Assembly: GCA_963693365.1 (NCBI GenBank)
Contig: CAVNZM010000001.1
Location: 7,394,907 to 7,458,906, forward strand
From: Amoebidium appalachense
Taxonomy: Eukaryota; Protista; Ichthyosporea
Direction: 5' to 3'
Length of the DNA: 64,000 bases
How positions within the stretch are numbered: position 1 is the first letter of the stretch; each line of letters opens with the position of its first letter. The position numbers and the translations under genes were made by a program. This document shows, piece by piece, positions 1 through 18,478 of this stretch. The notes beneath the pieces are model-generated. The model made no database searches. It was given only the letters and a program-made list of their open reading frames with translations, and was not told the DNA's origin.

Positions 1-4142
<4,142 letters not shown>

Positions 4143-6279
4143 TCTTAGGTGTTACCACGCGGGTCTGCAACCTGGAAAAAATGCGGATTTCGTTCAACAG
4201 TAACAAATAAGTAAGATGTGTGGACCCTTGACTCGGCACAAGCATCATATGTTCAACTCTGTTCATTTCTTGCAAGTCTACGTTAGGCTTGCTGTCTCCC
4301 TCTCCCTCAGTATGGGGAGGCGCACGTGTGTGTGTGTGCATGTGTGTGTGCACGTGCACTTTTCACGAACTTCATGCTTGCGTGAGGGATCGTTGTTGTG
4401 CTGCGCCTGCGTGCCTGCGTATGTGCACGTGCTGTGTGCAGACGCAAGTGGTGTGATGGAGGAAAAGGGCCGGGAATGCCCCCCTCCCCCCCCCCCCCCC
4501 CCCCCCCCGCCCCGCGGGGAGGGATGGTGGTGGGAGTAGGGGGAGAGGGAGGGGGGGGAAGGGGGGAGGGGGGGAGCTGGGGCAGCAACACTGTTCCTCT
4601 TGAGCACTCTTGCACAACGATCTCCAACTTTCAATGACTAGCATTTGCCTCCAAGTTTCAAATGAGTAGTATTTCACGGCGTTTCTTGTTAATGTTTCTG
4701 TTTCCTAAGAACGCCTCATTGTAAACCTGAACGGAAGCAAAAGTATACAGCCTCTTACGACCTGCGACAGTGGCAGTCGTGTACGTACCGAAAGCATGGA
4801 GTACGTGTGTGCTGGAGATTACCAGACACTCACTCACAGGAATTGCACTTGACAAAAAAAGAAAAGGGGCTGTCAATACCTGCATGTGCGGTTCATATGA
4901 TTTTCTGCATCAGGTTTCTCGGTATATTCATGTCATGGTAGTTTGTCATCGAAGGACCGATCTTGGGCCGTGAAGATCTTACTGCTCCCGTCGTGCCAGG
5001 TTGGGAAAGAAAAGAGGCTCAAAAAAACCTAACTTAAACGGCAGAACAAGTGAAAAATTCGATTCGTGCACAACTTTGCTCAACCAGTATAGCCTGTAGT
5101 TCTCTGTCTGTTGTCGCTCATCAGCACTCTTTACCCAGGCAGTCGGTTGGGACCAGTTCTTTTTTTCCTAAACTTAAGCTGTTGGCAGATGAACGGTCTA
5201 AACGCTCTGTGGTGAGGGCGTCCAGGCTACATTTATTGTGTTAGTGAACCATAGCCATATTTTTAGAGGCTGGGCCTTTATAAGCAGTACCATTTACACC
5301 ATCTACCGTGATCCTCTACACCAGACACACTGGTCTGACTGTAGCTGCAGCTGGGGCAGCAAGTTGAACGTTCGCAGACTGGCTGGACCAGCTGCGCTAA
5401 CAAGCGGCTTACAAGCCACCATCTGATTGGCGCAGCGTGTATCCACCTGCCTTATTTGGCAGGTAAATAATAGATGACTGTGAGTCTCGTGAGAGCAACT
5501 TCACTTAAGTTGCAAGGCTCATGCTCGGGTGATGCTCAAGTTAGACCCCATCGTATTTATGTACTTAACGTTGTTGCAGGGACAAACAAATCAAACAGAA
5601 CAGACAGTGCATGGTCAGAGCATTAAACAATTATTTTTGAGCTTGCCCAGGCGAGCATTCGAAGCCATTGCACCAACGGGCTGTAGCATCTCCCAACAAG
5701 AAATTTAATTCGCTTTGCAAGCAACGCTCATAATAAATCGGCCTCCCAATTGCAAGACCACACAGCTCCAACGCGGGGAACTCAAGAAAGAAGATAAATG
5801 GAAATTCAAACACCTTCAGAAAGCCCGAATGTCCAAAAAAACACATTTTAGAGTCGAGAGGGAGAAATACTATCTCAACCAAACAGACGACAGAACATAA
5901 GCTATCTCCAAGACTGCAGAATGCTATGAGCCTATATCACTGCTTACGGTAAACTCTTTAGAGGACAGTAGGGAGGAGACAAGACAGTTACACCGTTGGA
6001 TCACTAATAATAGTAGAAGACAAGCCATGTGTGTTGTGAATTTCGGATCCCGTAGATGTATGCGCATACATATGTAAAGCAAGAGAGAAAAGCAGCGGGA
6101 TCTAACGTGTTTGTGTGTGCGTGTGTGTGTGTGTGAGTGTGAGTGAGTGTGAGTGTGTTTGTGTATGTGTGTGTATGTGTGTGCGTGTGTGTGTGTGTGC
6201 GCGCGCGCGTGCGCGTGCATGTGTGTGTGCATTTGTGTGTGTATGTGTGCGCGTGCATGTGCGTGTGTGCGTGTGCATT

Positions 6280-6310
<31 letters not shown>

Positions 6311-6487
6311 GTGTGTGTGTGCGTGTGTGCGTGCGTGTGTGGTGTGTGTCCCCAATTGTGTGTGTTTGTGTGTTCGTATGGACATTTGTGCTCCTAAACG
6401 TGTCTGCGCGTGTGTGTTATGGTGTCCTCATTGTCTCCCTCGGCACCCCAAAATAATAACCAAATATTCATGCCATTCGTTCAATGT

Positions 6488-6852
6488 TTATCGTTGAAGT
6501 GGGAAATCAAACCGAGATATTGTGCTCCACTCAAGCGTGGTACGATCCAAGAACCTCTCCACATATGTTACCACGTCATTATCACTAACCAGAATGAGGG
6601 TGGTGGACACCGTCCCATAGCCGTTTGTGCGACCATCCAGGAAGATCGAGGAACATTGGCGCTCAAATTCGATTGGCACCCCTGTTTGCGGTAGTTGGCT
6701 GTCCGGATATCTGTATGTGAAGTGCGTGCATTTCCGTGTGTGTGTGTGTGTGCGTGCGCGTGCGTGCATGCGTGCGCGTGCGCGTGCGCGTGTGTGGGTG
6801 GGTGTGTGGGTGGGTGGGTGGGGGGGGTTGCTGAGGCGGGGGGATGGGACAA

Positions 6853-6887
<35 letters not shown>

Positions 6888-7073
6888 CTATATGTGCATG
6901 TTGCAGAGGGGGGAGGGGTGTGAGCAGGCCGAATTCTGGTGTGCATGCACGTGTGTGTGTTGGTGTGTGCGAGTGTGCGTGTGCAGTGTGAGATAGAAAG
7001 AGAGAGTGGATGGCTAAGTGAGGGAGCGAGTGAGTTGTTAATGACTAAGCGAGTGAGCGAGTGAGCGAGTGAG

Positions 7074-7126
<53 letters not shown>

Positions 7127-7663
7127 GGCGGGTAGGCATGTGTTCGCGTGTGTAGTAGTGATGGTGGTTGCAAGAGTCAGAGGCAAGGGTGAGGAGGAAT
7201 AGATCCTCTTCTTGGCCCGTTCCGTTGAAGAAGCCCCCTCCCCCCACCCCCCAAAAAATAGCAGAAAGTTCCATAATACCGACACATAAACACAATACAC
7301 TTCCTTTACCCCCCCCTCCCTCCCCCCCCCCCCCCCCACCCACCCTTACCCCCCCCCCCCCCCCCCGCTCTCTGCTTCTAATAGATTCTATCTGAGGATG
7401 AATGAATGTGTTCATTTATGATTTATGTTCCCATCCGTCTTTCATTCCTCTTCTTGCCCCTGTTACCAAAATCACCACCACCGCTGCAACAAATCTACAC
7501 GCGCTGTTAAAGCCCCCGAGCAGGAAGGGGGGAGGACGGGGGGGGGGGGGGGGGGTTTGAATGCGTCAAGGGTGTTTCAACTCTGTTCTGCGGGGAGGGT
7601 AAAGGCGTTCAAATGATTAGTTGTTTGTTTGTTTTTTGTTTTTTTTGTGTGTGTGCGTGTGAA

Positions 7664-7699
<36 letters not shown>

Positions 7700-7885
7700 A
7701 AGACCAACATTTTCTCGTTGTTCATCAAATCGGTGAGCTTTGAAATGATGTCATCCGCAGGGAGGCCCCGATCAGCCTCGGCCAAGATATTTGCAAATCT
7801 ATCCTTACCGTCCCGAAGCTTTGGCCATGGATAGTCAAGAATTCGGTTACATACCCCATACGTGCCTGTGTGTGTGTGTGTGTGT

Positions 7886-7921
<36 letters not shown>

Positions 7922-10053
7922 ACGTGCGCGTGCGTAGGGAGAGGGTAGGTGTGTGGGTGAGGGGGGGGGGGGGGGGGGGGGGGGAGGGGGAGATGATCAG
8001 CAGATATGCAGGGTGAGAATAGGATTAGTGACCATAGCCTATGAATGTTTTTCGAAGACAGCGAGGAGTAACTGCCCTATGTGAGAAACAAATATGGCTT
8101 TTTGAGTGCTTAATGCCAGCGAAGCACGGAATAGAAACTGAACATACATACATAAATACATACATAAGATGTCTTCCTTACTCCCCATATCCCCATATTG
8201 GATAAATAAACTGGGCAACGGAATAAGCTTTGACGGCAACCACCGCGGGGGTGCGGGGGATAATAGGAATGCTTGCGGAAAAAAAAACTTCGGGAGCCCA
8301 ACCAGCACAATTCCAAACACTTTTCAACCAATCATTCATTACCTTGGGGTAGGCTCTTGACGCCATAATCCTCCATATTGCTGTAGCAGTGCATCTGTGG
8401 CCGGCCGGAATCCACACACTCCTTGCTGAGATCGCCGACCAGGAGATTAAACCCGTTGTAATCGGGCCCGTGTTTGGCAATCTCGTTGAGATAGTCGGTG
8501 GGGTCTACGTTTGACGTGAGATAGTTGCTGCAAAGCCCACCTGAAGTGTTACCAAGTTAGGTTATAGTGACAAAGCGGGAGCGAGAAGGTGCGGGGTGGG
8601 GGGTGGGAAGGGGATACAGAGGTAGCAGGACGTTTTTTTGTTTTTTTTTTTGGGGGGGGGGGAGGGAGGGGGGAAACGGATAGAGGAAGTGGGAAGGGGC
8701 ACGTGGGGTAAGGCGAGAAGTACACAGAACATTAGATGAGAGTATAACCAGGGCACAATGCCCATGAAATCTCAGTGGAAGAAAAACTGAGTGTGCAAAA
8801 ACGTTTTCGATAAAAGGTTGTAGTTGTGCAGTGTCAGTAGCACCCATTCGGCGGGGGGGGGGGGAGGGGGGAGACGCAGGAGAGGGGGGATGCCAATAGG
8901 AGAAAAAGTTCAACTGTTCAAGATTGCGAACTGGGTACAGAAAGGACGACACGATTGAAGGATAAACGGACTTCCAGAAGGGCATAACAGCTGGACAGAA
9001 TGCATCAACCAGCAAAGGGAGTAGAAATGTGGCACAATGCGCATAGCCTAAAGTTACGCATTCAAACACCGGCTGCTGAACATAATGGTAGCACACAGGG
9101 AGGAGGGGGGGGGGGGGGGGAGCTGGGGGAGGGGGGGAGGGGGTTATTCCTACCTCTGCCAATGGCGTCCGTTCTGATGCTAGCCGTGGGCACACGGTAG
9201 TTAGTCAACGCAGCAAAGCGACCTGTGCGGGTCATACCCAGCCACGTGCCCCCCTCCACCCCTTTTTGCATGTCCACGCCTGCAACAAAACATGGAGTCT
9301 GTTAGAGATGCGAACAGGACTGTTTTACGTAGTTGGACAGAGAGAGCATGAACAGCCCCGGAGCATAACATGCCCACGTATAGATCCATCCTCCGTTGAA
9401 TGGCGCGAGAACAGTTTATCATCACACCTGTACGGATGAAAAGCCCTTGCTAATTGGTCAGCCCTTTAAAACAGTCGGACAGGTAGTAGGGTGGAGGGGC
9501 CGGGGGGCGAGTGGGAGCGGAGGAGGTGGGGGGGGGGGGGGGGAGTAAAAGAGGGCAGGCGGTGGAAGGCAACAAAGCTCTGCCACTGCACCACCGTTCC
9601 GTTGTTAACTCGTAAAACTATCCCCCACCTTTCAAACCCAGCAGCCTACACCCTTCTGCGCATTCAACTATATAACCGATATGTGTCTGCAATCCTTCAA
9701 AACCACTCCTCCTTCACCTGCCCCACACTCAACCCATGACCCCACCACTTCCGGATTTTTTTTGGTTTTTAAATGTTGCCCATACCCCACCCGCCTGTCA
9801 TTTTTTCCGTCCCCCTCGGCCATAGCCCCATCTCCCCCCTTCCCACCCCCCGGCCCTGACACCTTCTGTGGCTCGCTTGTTCCTATATTCAGATGTAATG
9901 GCACTTGATCCTATATGTACTTGAAATGCTTACGGTTTTTCCTACACTTGCATACACCTTACACTTGTATGTGGCAAGGTTTTCGAAGTTATATTGTTCA
10001 TCAAGCTTTGTAAAGGACGGGTGGTCGGTGGAAGGGGGCAGGACTGGGGCAAA

Positions 10054-10088
<35 letters not shown>

Positions 10089-10363
10089 GGGGGGGAGGGG
10101 CGGGAAGGGGAGGGGGGGGAATGACCAAAGGACGGAAAGAACACTTTAGACCATGCAACCAAACATATTAGAAAAGCCTGAAAGAGGGATCTACAGCACC
10201 GTGTAAACGTTTTCCTTTGTAGCTTACCGGATAGGACGTCGGGGTTGTTTGCCCAGAAGTGCGCCGGTTGTGTTGGCCGAGCCACGAATTCATCTCTGTT
10301 TGCGGCCAGCACAAAACGGTAGCCAAAGCCACGGCTTCGGTGTGCCCAGAAAATAATGCACAT
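6488..10363 (-). CDS. TANGO2: TANGO2 / NRDE family protein, 5 exons
   Basis: Exons 10363-10228, 9279-9154, 8540-8343, 7865-7709, 6710-6488 (TAA). Motifs [51 protein letters not shown] and [11 protein letters not shown] are diagnostic; phases are consistent. Confidence 0.95.
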
Positions 10364-11107
10364 GTTTACATACAATAGATGAAAACTAACAGCTCTTTTT
10401 TTGATTCACCATTCACAATGCCCAGCAGCGGGTTAGGCTTTCAGCCGGAGCCTTCACTGACTCTCGCCTCGAGTCTCGAGCGTAGTCTCTCAGTGCCAGC
10501 TCTCAGTCAAGGCCTCGGGAGTTAGGAGGCATGGCCTGTGTTCAGATGGCCGTGTTACTCAGTGTGCGTGTTACTCTCAGTGCCACGGTCAGTGTGACGT
10601 GCCAGTTGTTGGAAGTTTATATAGGTGCTTGTTTAGATACTATAGCCTTATATGGCAACATAAACTCCTAATAAGGTTCAAAGTCTTGCGGGTCGGTTCA
10701 TCAGGAATCAAAATTTTCGGGTCGAGTCAAATACCTGTGCTGGTGGTTGACCCGAAACTTCGAACGTTTGCACATGCAAAAAGCGCGCGCGTTGCAAAAG
10801 TTTTGAAGACAGAAAGAGAGAGAGACGGGAGGAGAGGAAGAGGCGAACCTGACATCTGACTGAGGGAGTGAGATAAGGGGCCGTTTTTGATATATATTAT
10901 ATATGCTCCACAATAAATAGATAGTCAGAAGAGAAAGAAGGATCGGTTCTGTTGTAATGACCTGTAGAGAGAATTTTGATCTTCGCCCTTAGATCTTTGG
11001 TGTGCAAACCACGACGCCCGCATTCATCACTGGGTTTTTTACCTTTTTATGAGTGGATAAGGGAAATTGCATAAGCTTGAGCTACCTATAGTTGCCATCT
11101 GTGCAAC
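10364..11107. promoter_or_regulatory. Putative bidirectional promoter between TANGO2 and SF3A3
   Basis: 744 bp between two divergent ATGs, free of microsatellites, with clustered (C)TCAGTG and GTTACTC motifs at about 10485-10600. Confidence 0.55.
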
Positions 11108-11253
11108 ATGGATAACATTTTTGAAATCCAGCGAAGGCTGCACGAGGAGATTGAGGCCCTGGAGAGGGCTGCCACGGATATACTGGTGGACTTGCAGAAC
11201 AATGGGGCGTCAAAAACGGTGTGTGTGTGTGTGGGTGTGTGTGTGTGCTTGGT

Positions 11254-11326
<73 letters not shown>

Positions 11327-13012
11327 GGTTTTCATGGTTGTGCATTTGTTTGCATGGGGGTGCTTGTTCGCCTGTTAATGCTGGTAGCCGGGAGTGCATT
11401 CGTGAGTGTGAGGGTGTTGTACAATTCGCGGGACTGCATTCGTGCAAGTGTTTACGTCTGTGTGTGTGTGTGCGCGCGCGCGCGCCCGCGTGTGCCTGTG
11501 GCTGTGTGTGTGTGCATGCACCGTGGTATGTGCGTCTTGTGGGTTGGTGGGTGGGTGTATACGTGTGCGTGCGTGCGCGCGTACGTGTGTCTGAGCCTGT
11601 GGGCTATGTGTGCGCGCTTGTGTGTCTTTGTGTTGGTCCGTGTGTGTGAAAGACGGTCTCGTTATACGCCTGTGGTTGCATATTTGTGTTCGAGTGTTGG
11701 AAGTGATGCATACGGCAGGTTGGGGTGGGGTTGTTCGTTAAGGAAGGGTTAAGAAGGTTGTGTGTATGTGAATTCTTGTGGCGGCAGCTGGTAGGGGGAG
11801 GGGGGGGGGGAGGGGGGGGGGGGGTTTGGACGGAGGGGTGGGGGGGGGTTGGATGGGAGGTGGGGTTGGGGGGGGGGGGGGGGGGGGGGTTGGAGGGGAG
11901 GAGAGACAGGGGGGTTTGGAGGGGAGGGAAGACAGGGGGATGTAATCATGGAAAACCCAATTGGAACAAGGGATTATGGTTGAAAGGACAGGGTCAGAAG
12001 ACATGGGGTTGGGAGGTCGAGAAGAAGGGGGGATAGGACGTTGGATTGAGGATATACGAAGTGAGAAATGACTGCAAATTCATTGGTGCACTGTTGTTCC
12101 CCCTCCTCCTCCCCCCCCCCCCCCCCCCCCTTTTTTTTTCCCTTTGGGGTTCGGGAGGGGGGGATGCTGGGGAGGGGTACAAAGTGGAGGTTGCGGGTGA
12201 TGACATGCCAGAGGCTGAGGGGGGCTGAATCGAGGGTATCTGCCATGCGTGTGTGTGTGTGTCGGTGCGGGGAGGGGGGGGGGGGGGGGGGGGGAGGGAG
12301 ACGGAGGCTGGAGGCTAGTTGCAGAGAAAAGCTAGCACAGGGGGTGGGGGTGTGGGGAGGGGGAGAGTGTTTATGCATGTGTGGGGAGCTACTGGGGTAC
12401 AGGTGGGGGAAAAGAGAGCTGTACAGGTGAGTGAAGTGTAGGAAGATGTCGTAGTAACTGAAAGGGGCCTCGTGCCGTGCTGATTGAGGGGGGGGCAGAG
12501 GAAAGAGATGGCATATGCAGAGCACAGAGTAAGAAAGTTGGTCGAGGACATTCAACACAAAAGCACTAAGCTGCTGGAGCTGTATGAGGATGCAGACGGG
12601 TACGTGCACACACACACATGCACACACACATGCACATGCACACACACACACACACACAAACACAAACAGAGAGAGAGATACACACACACACACACACACA
12701 CACACAAGCACAAAAAGAGAGAGAGAGATACACACACACGTGCACGTACACCAACATGCACGGGGACGGGCACACTTGCAAGTATGCACCACGCCACACA
12801 CAGGCACATATGAGTGCCTCCTCGAGCGCGCACACACACATCCACACGTGCGCATGGGTGGCTAGGCATGCCTTCGCATAAGGGCTGGTGTGTGGCGGTG
12901 TGCTCACACATTCTCGTGCATGCACATTCACATACTACATACACCACACACAGAAAAGGGAAGGGGGGAGTGTAGAGGAGGATGATAGGAGGGAACGAGA
13001 GAGATGGATGAT

Positions 13013-13049
<37 letters not shown>

Positions 13050-13452
13050 GGTTTTCGAACACAACTCATCTTCCCCCCTTTTTCCCCTTCCCCTTCTCCA
13101 CCCCCTCCCCCCCCCCCCCCTTCTTTTTTTGGCAAAAATGGAGAAGGACCATGGTGGGCCAAGTTGTTAAAAATGGTAGGTAGGAGGGTGAGGAGTGAGA
13201 TGGGAGTTAATATTGATAGAGAAGAGAGGGAAGGGAATGGTGAATAGGATTTGGGTTGGGATGCGGTGTTTCCATTGAGGATATGGTGTTGACGGGAAAT
13301 TGTGGGTTTCAGCTCGCGGAAAGACATGTTGAGAGGGGTTACGTGCGGGGAGGACTTTTCGGAGTTTTACAATCGGCTGGATGTGCACAGCAGATATTTC
13401 AAACAGGTGGGTGTGTGTAGATTTTTTTTTTTCTTCTTTTTTTAAATTTTTT

Positions 13453-13483
<31 letters not shown>

Positions 13484-13963
13484 TACGTGTCGTGTGTGTG
13501 CATTTGAGCTTTCTGGACAGGCTGGTGGTGGTTGTGGCGGCGGCGGAGGACGAGATTCACAGCATATGCTCTAACAGTTTTGAGGGGGGGGGGGGGGGGG
13601 GGGAAGCTACGTACGTCTCTGTTCATGTTTGCGTTCTAGAATGGCTGGTTGGTGAGAGGACGGGGGGAGGGGGGAGGGGTCCTGTCTAGGGCGTGTGTGC
13701 ATACCTGTGTGTTGTTGTTTGTTTGTTCACATCAATCCTCGTTTTCTTGTGGTTTCCATTCCTAAGCCTTATTCCGCTCGCCACCTCCCACTCTCCTTCT
13801 CCTCCCTCCCTTTGCACACACACACACAGACACAGACACGCACGCACACACACACACACATGCATGCACATGCACTTGCACTTGCACATAAGCAGGCACA
13901 CACACACGTGCCCATGCACACACTCAGGCACGTGTGCATGCTTGCATGTGTGCATGTGTGCAT

Positions 13964-14011
<48 letters not shown>

Positions 14012-14232
14012 GTTCTCTTCTTTCCACCACCAAACAGTTCCCATTCAACCCCCCCCCCCCCCCCCCCCTCTCCTCTACCACCTCCCGCTCTAACCTCTGA
14101 TCGCTTTCATTGTCCGACCCACTCACACCCACCCTGGCACCACAGAACCCGTATCAAATGGCGGAGATCCCAGACATCACATATGCAAATGAGGAGCCGG
14201 GCTATGCACACGGAAAACGTATCCCTCCGTCC

Positions 14233-14279
<47 letters not shown>

Positions 14280-14509
14280 AAAAAAAAAAAAATCCCCCCC
14301 TCCTCCGTCCCATCTTTGTCTCCTCCCCCGCACCACCATTACTACTAGCAACAACCATCCAATATGCCCTCTTTCAACACCATACTCCTGAGAGCCACTT
14401 TTAAGCTTGTCTGCCTGGGTGTAGTGTACATTTGCAGTGTTGCGGGCAAATGTGCCCTTTGATATAAATTCATGTGTGAATGTTCAAAGCATATCTCGGC
14501 TTTCCTCTT

Positions 14510-14546
<37 letters not shown>

Positions 14547-16244
14547 GGGCGCCCCCGCCTTTGCCAATGGCTACTGCCCCGCGCATGTTCAGTCACTCAT
14601 GCACACATGCACACATACTGTCACGCCGACACATGCACACATACTCCCACACACGCACATGCACACACGTGGACACACACTTAAGCACTTGTACGAACAC
14701 ACATGCACACACGCATTGGTGCGCGTGCGCAAACACACACACACACGTGTGCGTGCGCGCACACACGCACACACACACATGCACTGCACATGGGCACACA
14801 CACAAACACGCGCACACACACGAGCACACGTGCTCACTGGAACCTTACTCGCACTAGGTCATAGACTTACATGCCCTAGCATGACCCCTTACACGTACAC
14901 TCACACATACATGCCCATCCCCCCTCTTGTTTGCAGTTCTTGTGGACTTTACCGATGAGGAAGGATACGGCAAATACCTCGACTTGCACCAGCTGGCAAG
15001 CCCCCCCCCCCCCCCACCCACCCACCCACCACCCATGGCCCCATCCACACGACTATTATGGTTACTGCCCCGTGTCGCCCCAGCGTTCTCACCACTTTTC
15101 GAAGCTGTTGATGGACAGATTAGGCAGCCAGTAAAGAATATTCGCTTCCACATCCGCTTTATCTCCCCCCCCATCCCCCCCTGTCCCCCTTCCCACTCCT
15201 CCCCACCCGGGGGGCTTTCTCGCCTTCTCTCGTTCGGCCGGCGCCACCTTTGGCAAGCACACAGAATGCCCTTCCATCCGTAAGCGTGGGAAGGGGAAAG
15301 GGGGGAGGGGGGGGGGGGATTTTCAGGATGTGACTGTTTGTCTGACCTTTTGCCGCCACCACAGCACAATCAGTACCAAAACCTCGGGTTTGTGGAAAAG
15401 ATACCCTACCTGCACTATCTCAAGGCATTCGACAGGTTCGACTCCATCCCCGTCCACAAGAAGACAAGCCAACAGTACAGGAGGTGGGGGTCCTTGTAAA
15501 GCGAATATTTTTGGTGTGTGTGAGGGGAGGGGGGGGGGGGATGTAATGAAAACATGCCTAATTCTCGTGGGGGGGTGTAATATAAGTAGCGTGTGGTTGT
15601 GCTGTACCCAGTTGCACTTGGGGAGTATGATGGGTTTTTCCAGGGAGAAAAGTGAAATCTTGGTGGATGATGGGTGTCTTGTGTGTGTGCGTGCTGCGTG
15701 TGTGCACATGTGTGTACTGGAGCCAGATATTAACTCACAAACCCCACAAAATTGTTTAGACAGTCATGCACGTGTCTTGTAGATACATGAACCATCCAAA
15801 TCTCACTTTTCCCAACGGGAGCTCCCCATTGCTTGTCATATCAGTAAGGCTTACGTCCCATCCTTCTACTCCTTTCTGTTCCTCCATGTGCCAGCGTGCA
15901 TGCACGCTCGCGCGCGCACGCGCGCACACACACACACATACACACACACACACACACACAGCTACCTCGACAACCTGTTGGGTTATCTGAAGAGCTTCTA
16001 CACCCGCGCACTTCCACTTCAGGACCTGGAGGTAATATTCTTTTTCCCTCCGCGTGTGTTGCAAATCATGGGGGGGTTGCTCTTGTGTGTCAGTAGAGTG
16101 TACACCTATGTGTGTATGGGTAGGTCGGAAGGTTAGTCGGTGAATTGGTATGTAGATGTTTGTGTTGGTGGGTGGGTTAGTGGAAGGGTGGTTGAGTGAG
16201 TGGTTTTGCGTGAGGTTGGGTGGGTAGGAGGGTGCGTGAGCACG

Positions 16245-16282
<38 letters not shown>

Positions 16283-16338
16283 TTAGTGGTATTTGTGTAA
16301 TGAGTTTCGCGGGAGGAAAAGGGGTATGTGTGTGTGTG

Positions 16339-16386
<48 letters not shown>

Positions 16387-17050
16387 GACCTGAAAGGTAA
16401 GTTGTATCTATTCGGGTGGGTGAACAAACACACATACAGCCAACACAATCATGTAAACACATTCGGTTTGAAGAGTTTCCTGTATTCTCTGTGAAACAGA
16501 GTTGATCGGTAGCGAAAGCTTTAATACGAAAAGACATGCACTTTGAGCGTTTGCGCAATCTCCAAGCATGGACGGATGTGCTTGTGTTTCGGGATGCATA
16601 CTAGCAGAGTTCCATTATCGAAGTGTAAACCGTGATCCCATGTCAGCAGGTTTTTTCCTGTTTCAATTTCGTATTCTTGCATGTGTGCTTTGCTGGGGTT
16701 ACATTTTTGCTGATCTTTTTGCAGGGTGAGTTGTGGAAAGCAGACAAATCGTTCGAGGAATCATGGGAGGAGGGCACCCTCCCAGGATGGGAAAATGCAA
16801 ACGAAGACGACGACACACCAGCAAATCTGTTTTGTGTTGCATGTAAGAAACCCCCCTCCCTCACCTCCCCTTCTTTTCCAACCAAGACCACACCTTGAAT
16901 ACAATGTGTGTACATGTGTCGGCCAAAACTGATCGGCTGCCTGCCTCCCGATTGGTGCACTGCTGATATATATGATATTTTATTGGAAGCTTTATTCCCA
17001 TGACGTATGGTCTAGGGATGTTTTGTGCTGCATATTGACCCTGACTCCCC

Positions 17051-17081
<31 letters not shown>

Positions 17082-17304
17082 AAAAAAAAAAAAATTTTTT
17101 TTAAATAATCAAATAAGCACTGTGCAAGTACCTGGGCACGCATATGTATACACACATGTGTGCAGCACACACAGCCACTCAAATTATATTTATGTCATGC
17201 GCACATACATGCACACACACTGAGTGCACACATACATGCACACACGCGTGCACACACACATGCACGCTTTCACCCACACGAACACACAAACACCATACAC
17301 ACAT

Positions 17305-17401
<97 letters not shown>

Positions 17402-18271
17402 CCAGCACCAGTTTGCCAAGGCCACGGTGTTCAAAGCCCATTTGACGGGCAAAAAACACTTGAAGGCAGCAGAAAGACTAACAGCATCGGGGAATGCACG
17501 GACTATCGATGTGAGGTGGGTCACATGCACCCGGATTTGGTGGCCTTTCGTATTAGTTCTCGTTTTTTAACTTCCGTCGTTTTCCGGTGCAAATTTATGT
17601 CCTGGGTTTTTGGTAGGTGTTTATGGCTCTCACTCTTCTTCTGAATATTCACTATTCACTAGCGCTACCCACCTCCCCCTCAACGGTTCTGTTTGGCGAC
17701 TGTTTCCTGATAGTATGCTGTATTTTTTGAAACCCTTCGATAGTGCCTGCACTGACTCTCTGCACCAATCGGCTTTTTGCAGTCACATGATTGGTCGGCC
17801 ATGGGAAATCTATGTAGGAATCGTCTGCTTCGCTCAGAAACTGATTGTTAGAGTCAGACCGCCAACCAATCACATCCCAAAGACCTGCCTTGCACCGATT
17901 GATGCAGGAAGTCAGTGCAAGAACTGTAGAGGTACTTTCGCATATAGGATACATTTTCACGATTTACCTCCACCTTCCCCACACACACGCACAAAAAACA
18001 TTCACTCATACTCGTATCACACTCACACATATACGCGCGCACACATACCCCTAACCTTTCACTGGTTGTTTTTTGCCTACCTTATGGTTATGTTGGTGGC
18101 GAACAGATTGCTGACTTATTCTCCTTTTTTTATTTTTACCTTTTTTGTTTTTGGATGTAAGTGTGCGCACATATGCTGGTACATGTGTGTCTGTGTGTGG
18201 GTGGTGTGGTTGGGTGTTGGTGGGTGGGTGGGTGGGTGGGTGGGTGGGTGGGTGGGTGGGTGGGTGGGTGG

Positions 18272-18329
<58 letters not shown>

Positions 18330-18444
18330 CTACGTGTGTTTGCTTACCCGTGTCTGTGTGTGCGTTTGTGCATGCCTTACAGGGAAGAAAAGAAGAAGCA
18401 CGCAGAAGTCGAGAGAGCAAAACTTAAAGCCATTGCAAAAACGG

Positions 18445-18478
<34 letters not shown>

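Noticed and set aside
5631-5900. Short non-repetitive ORFs between PLC and TANGO2
   Set aside because: No recognisable motif or convincing splice structure.
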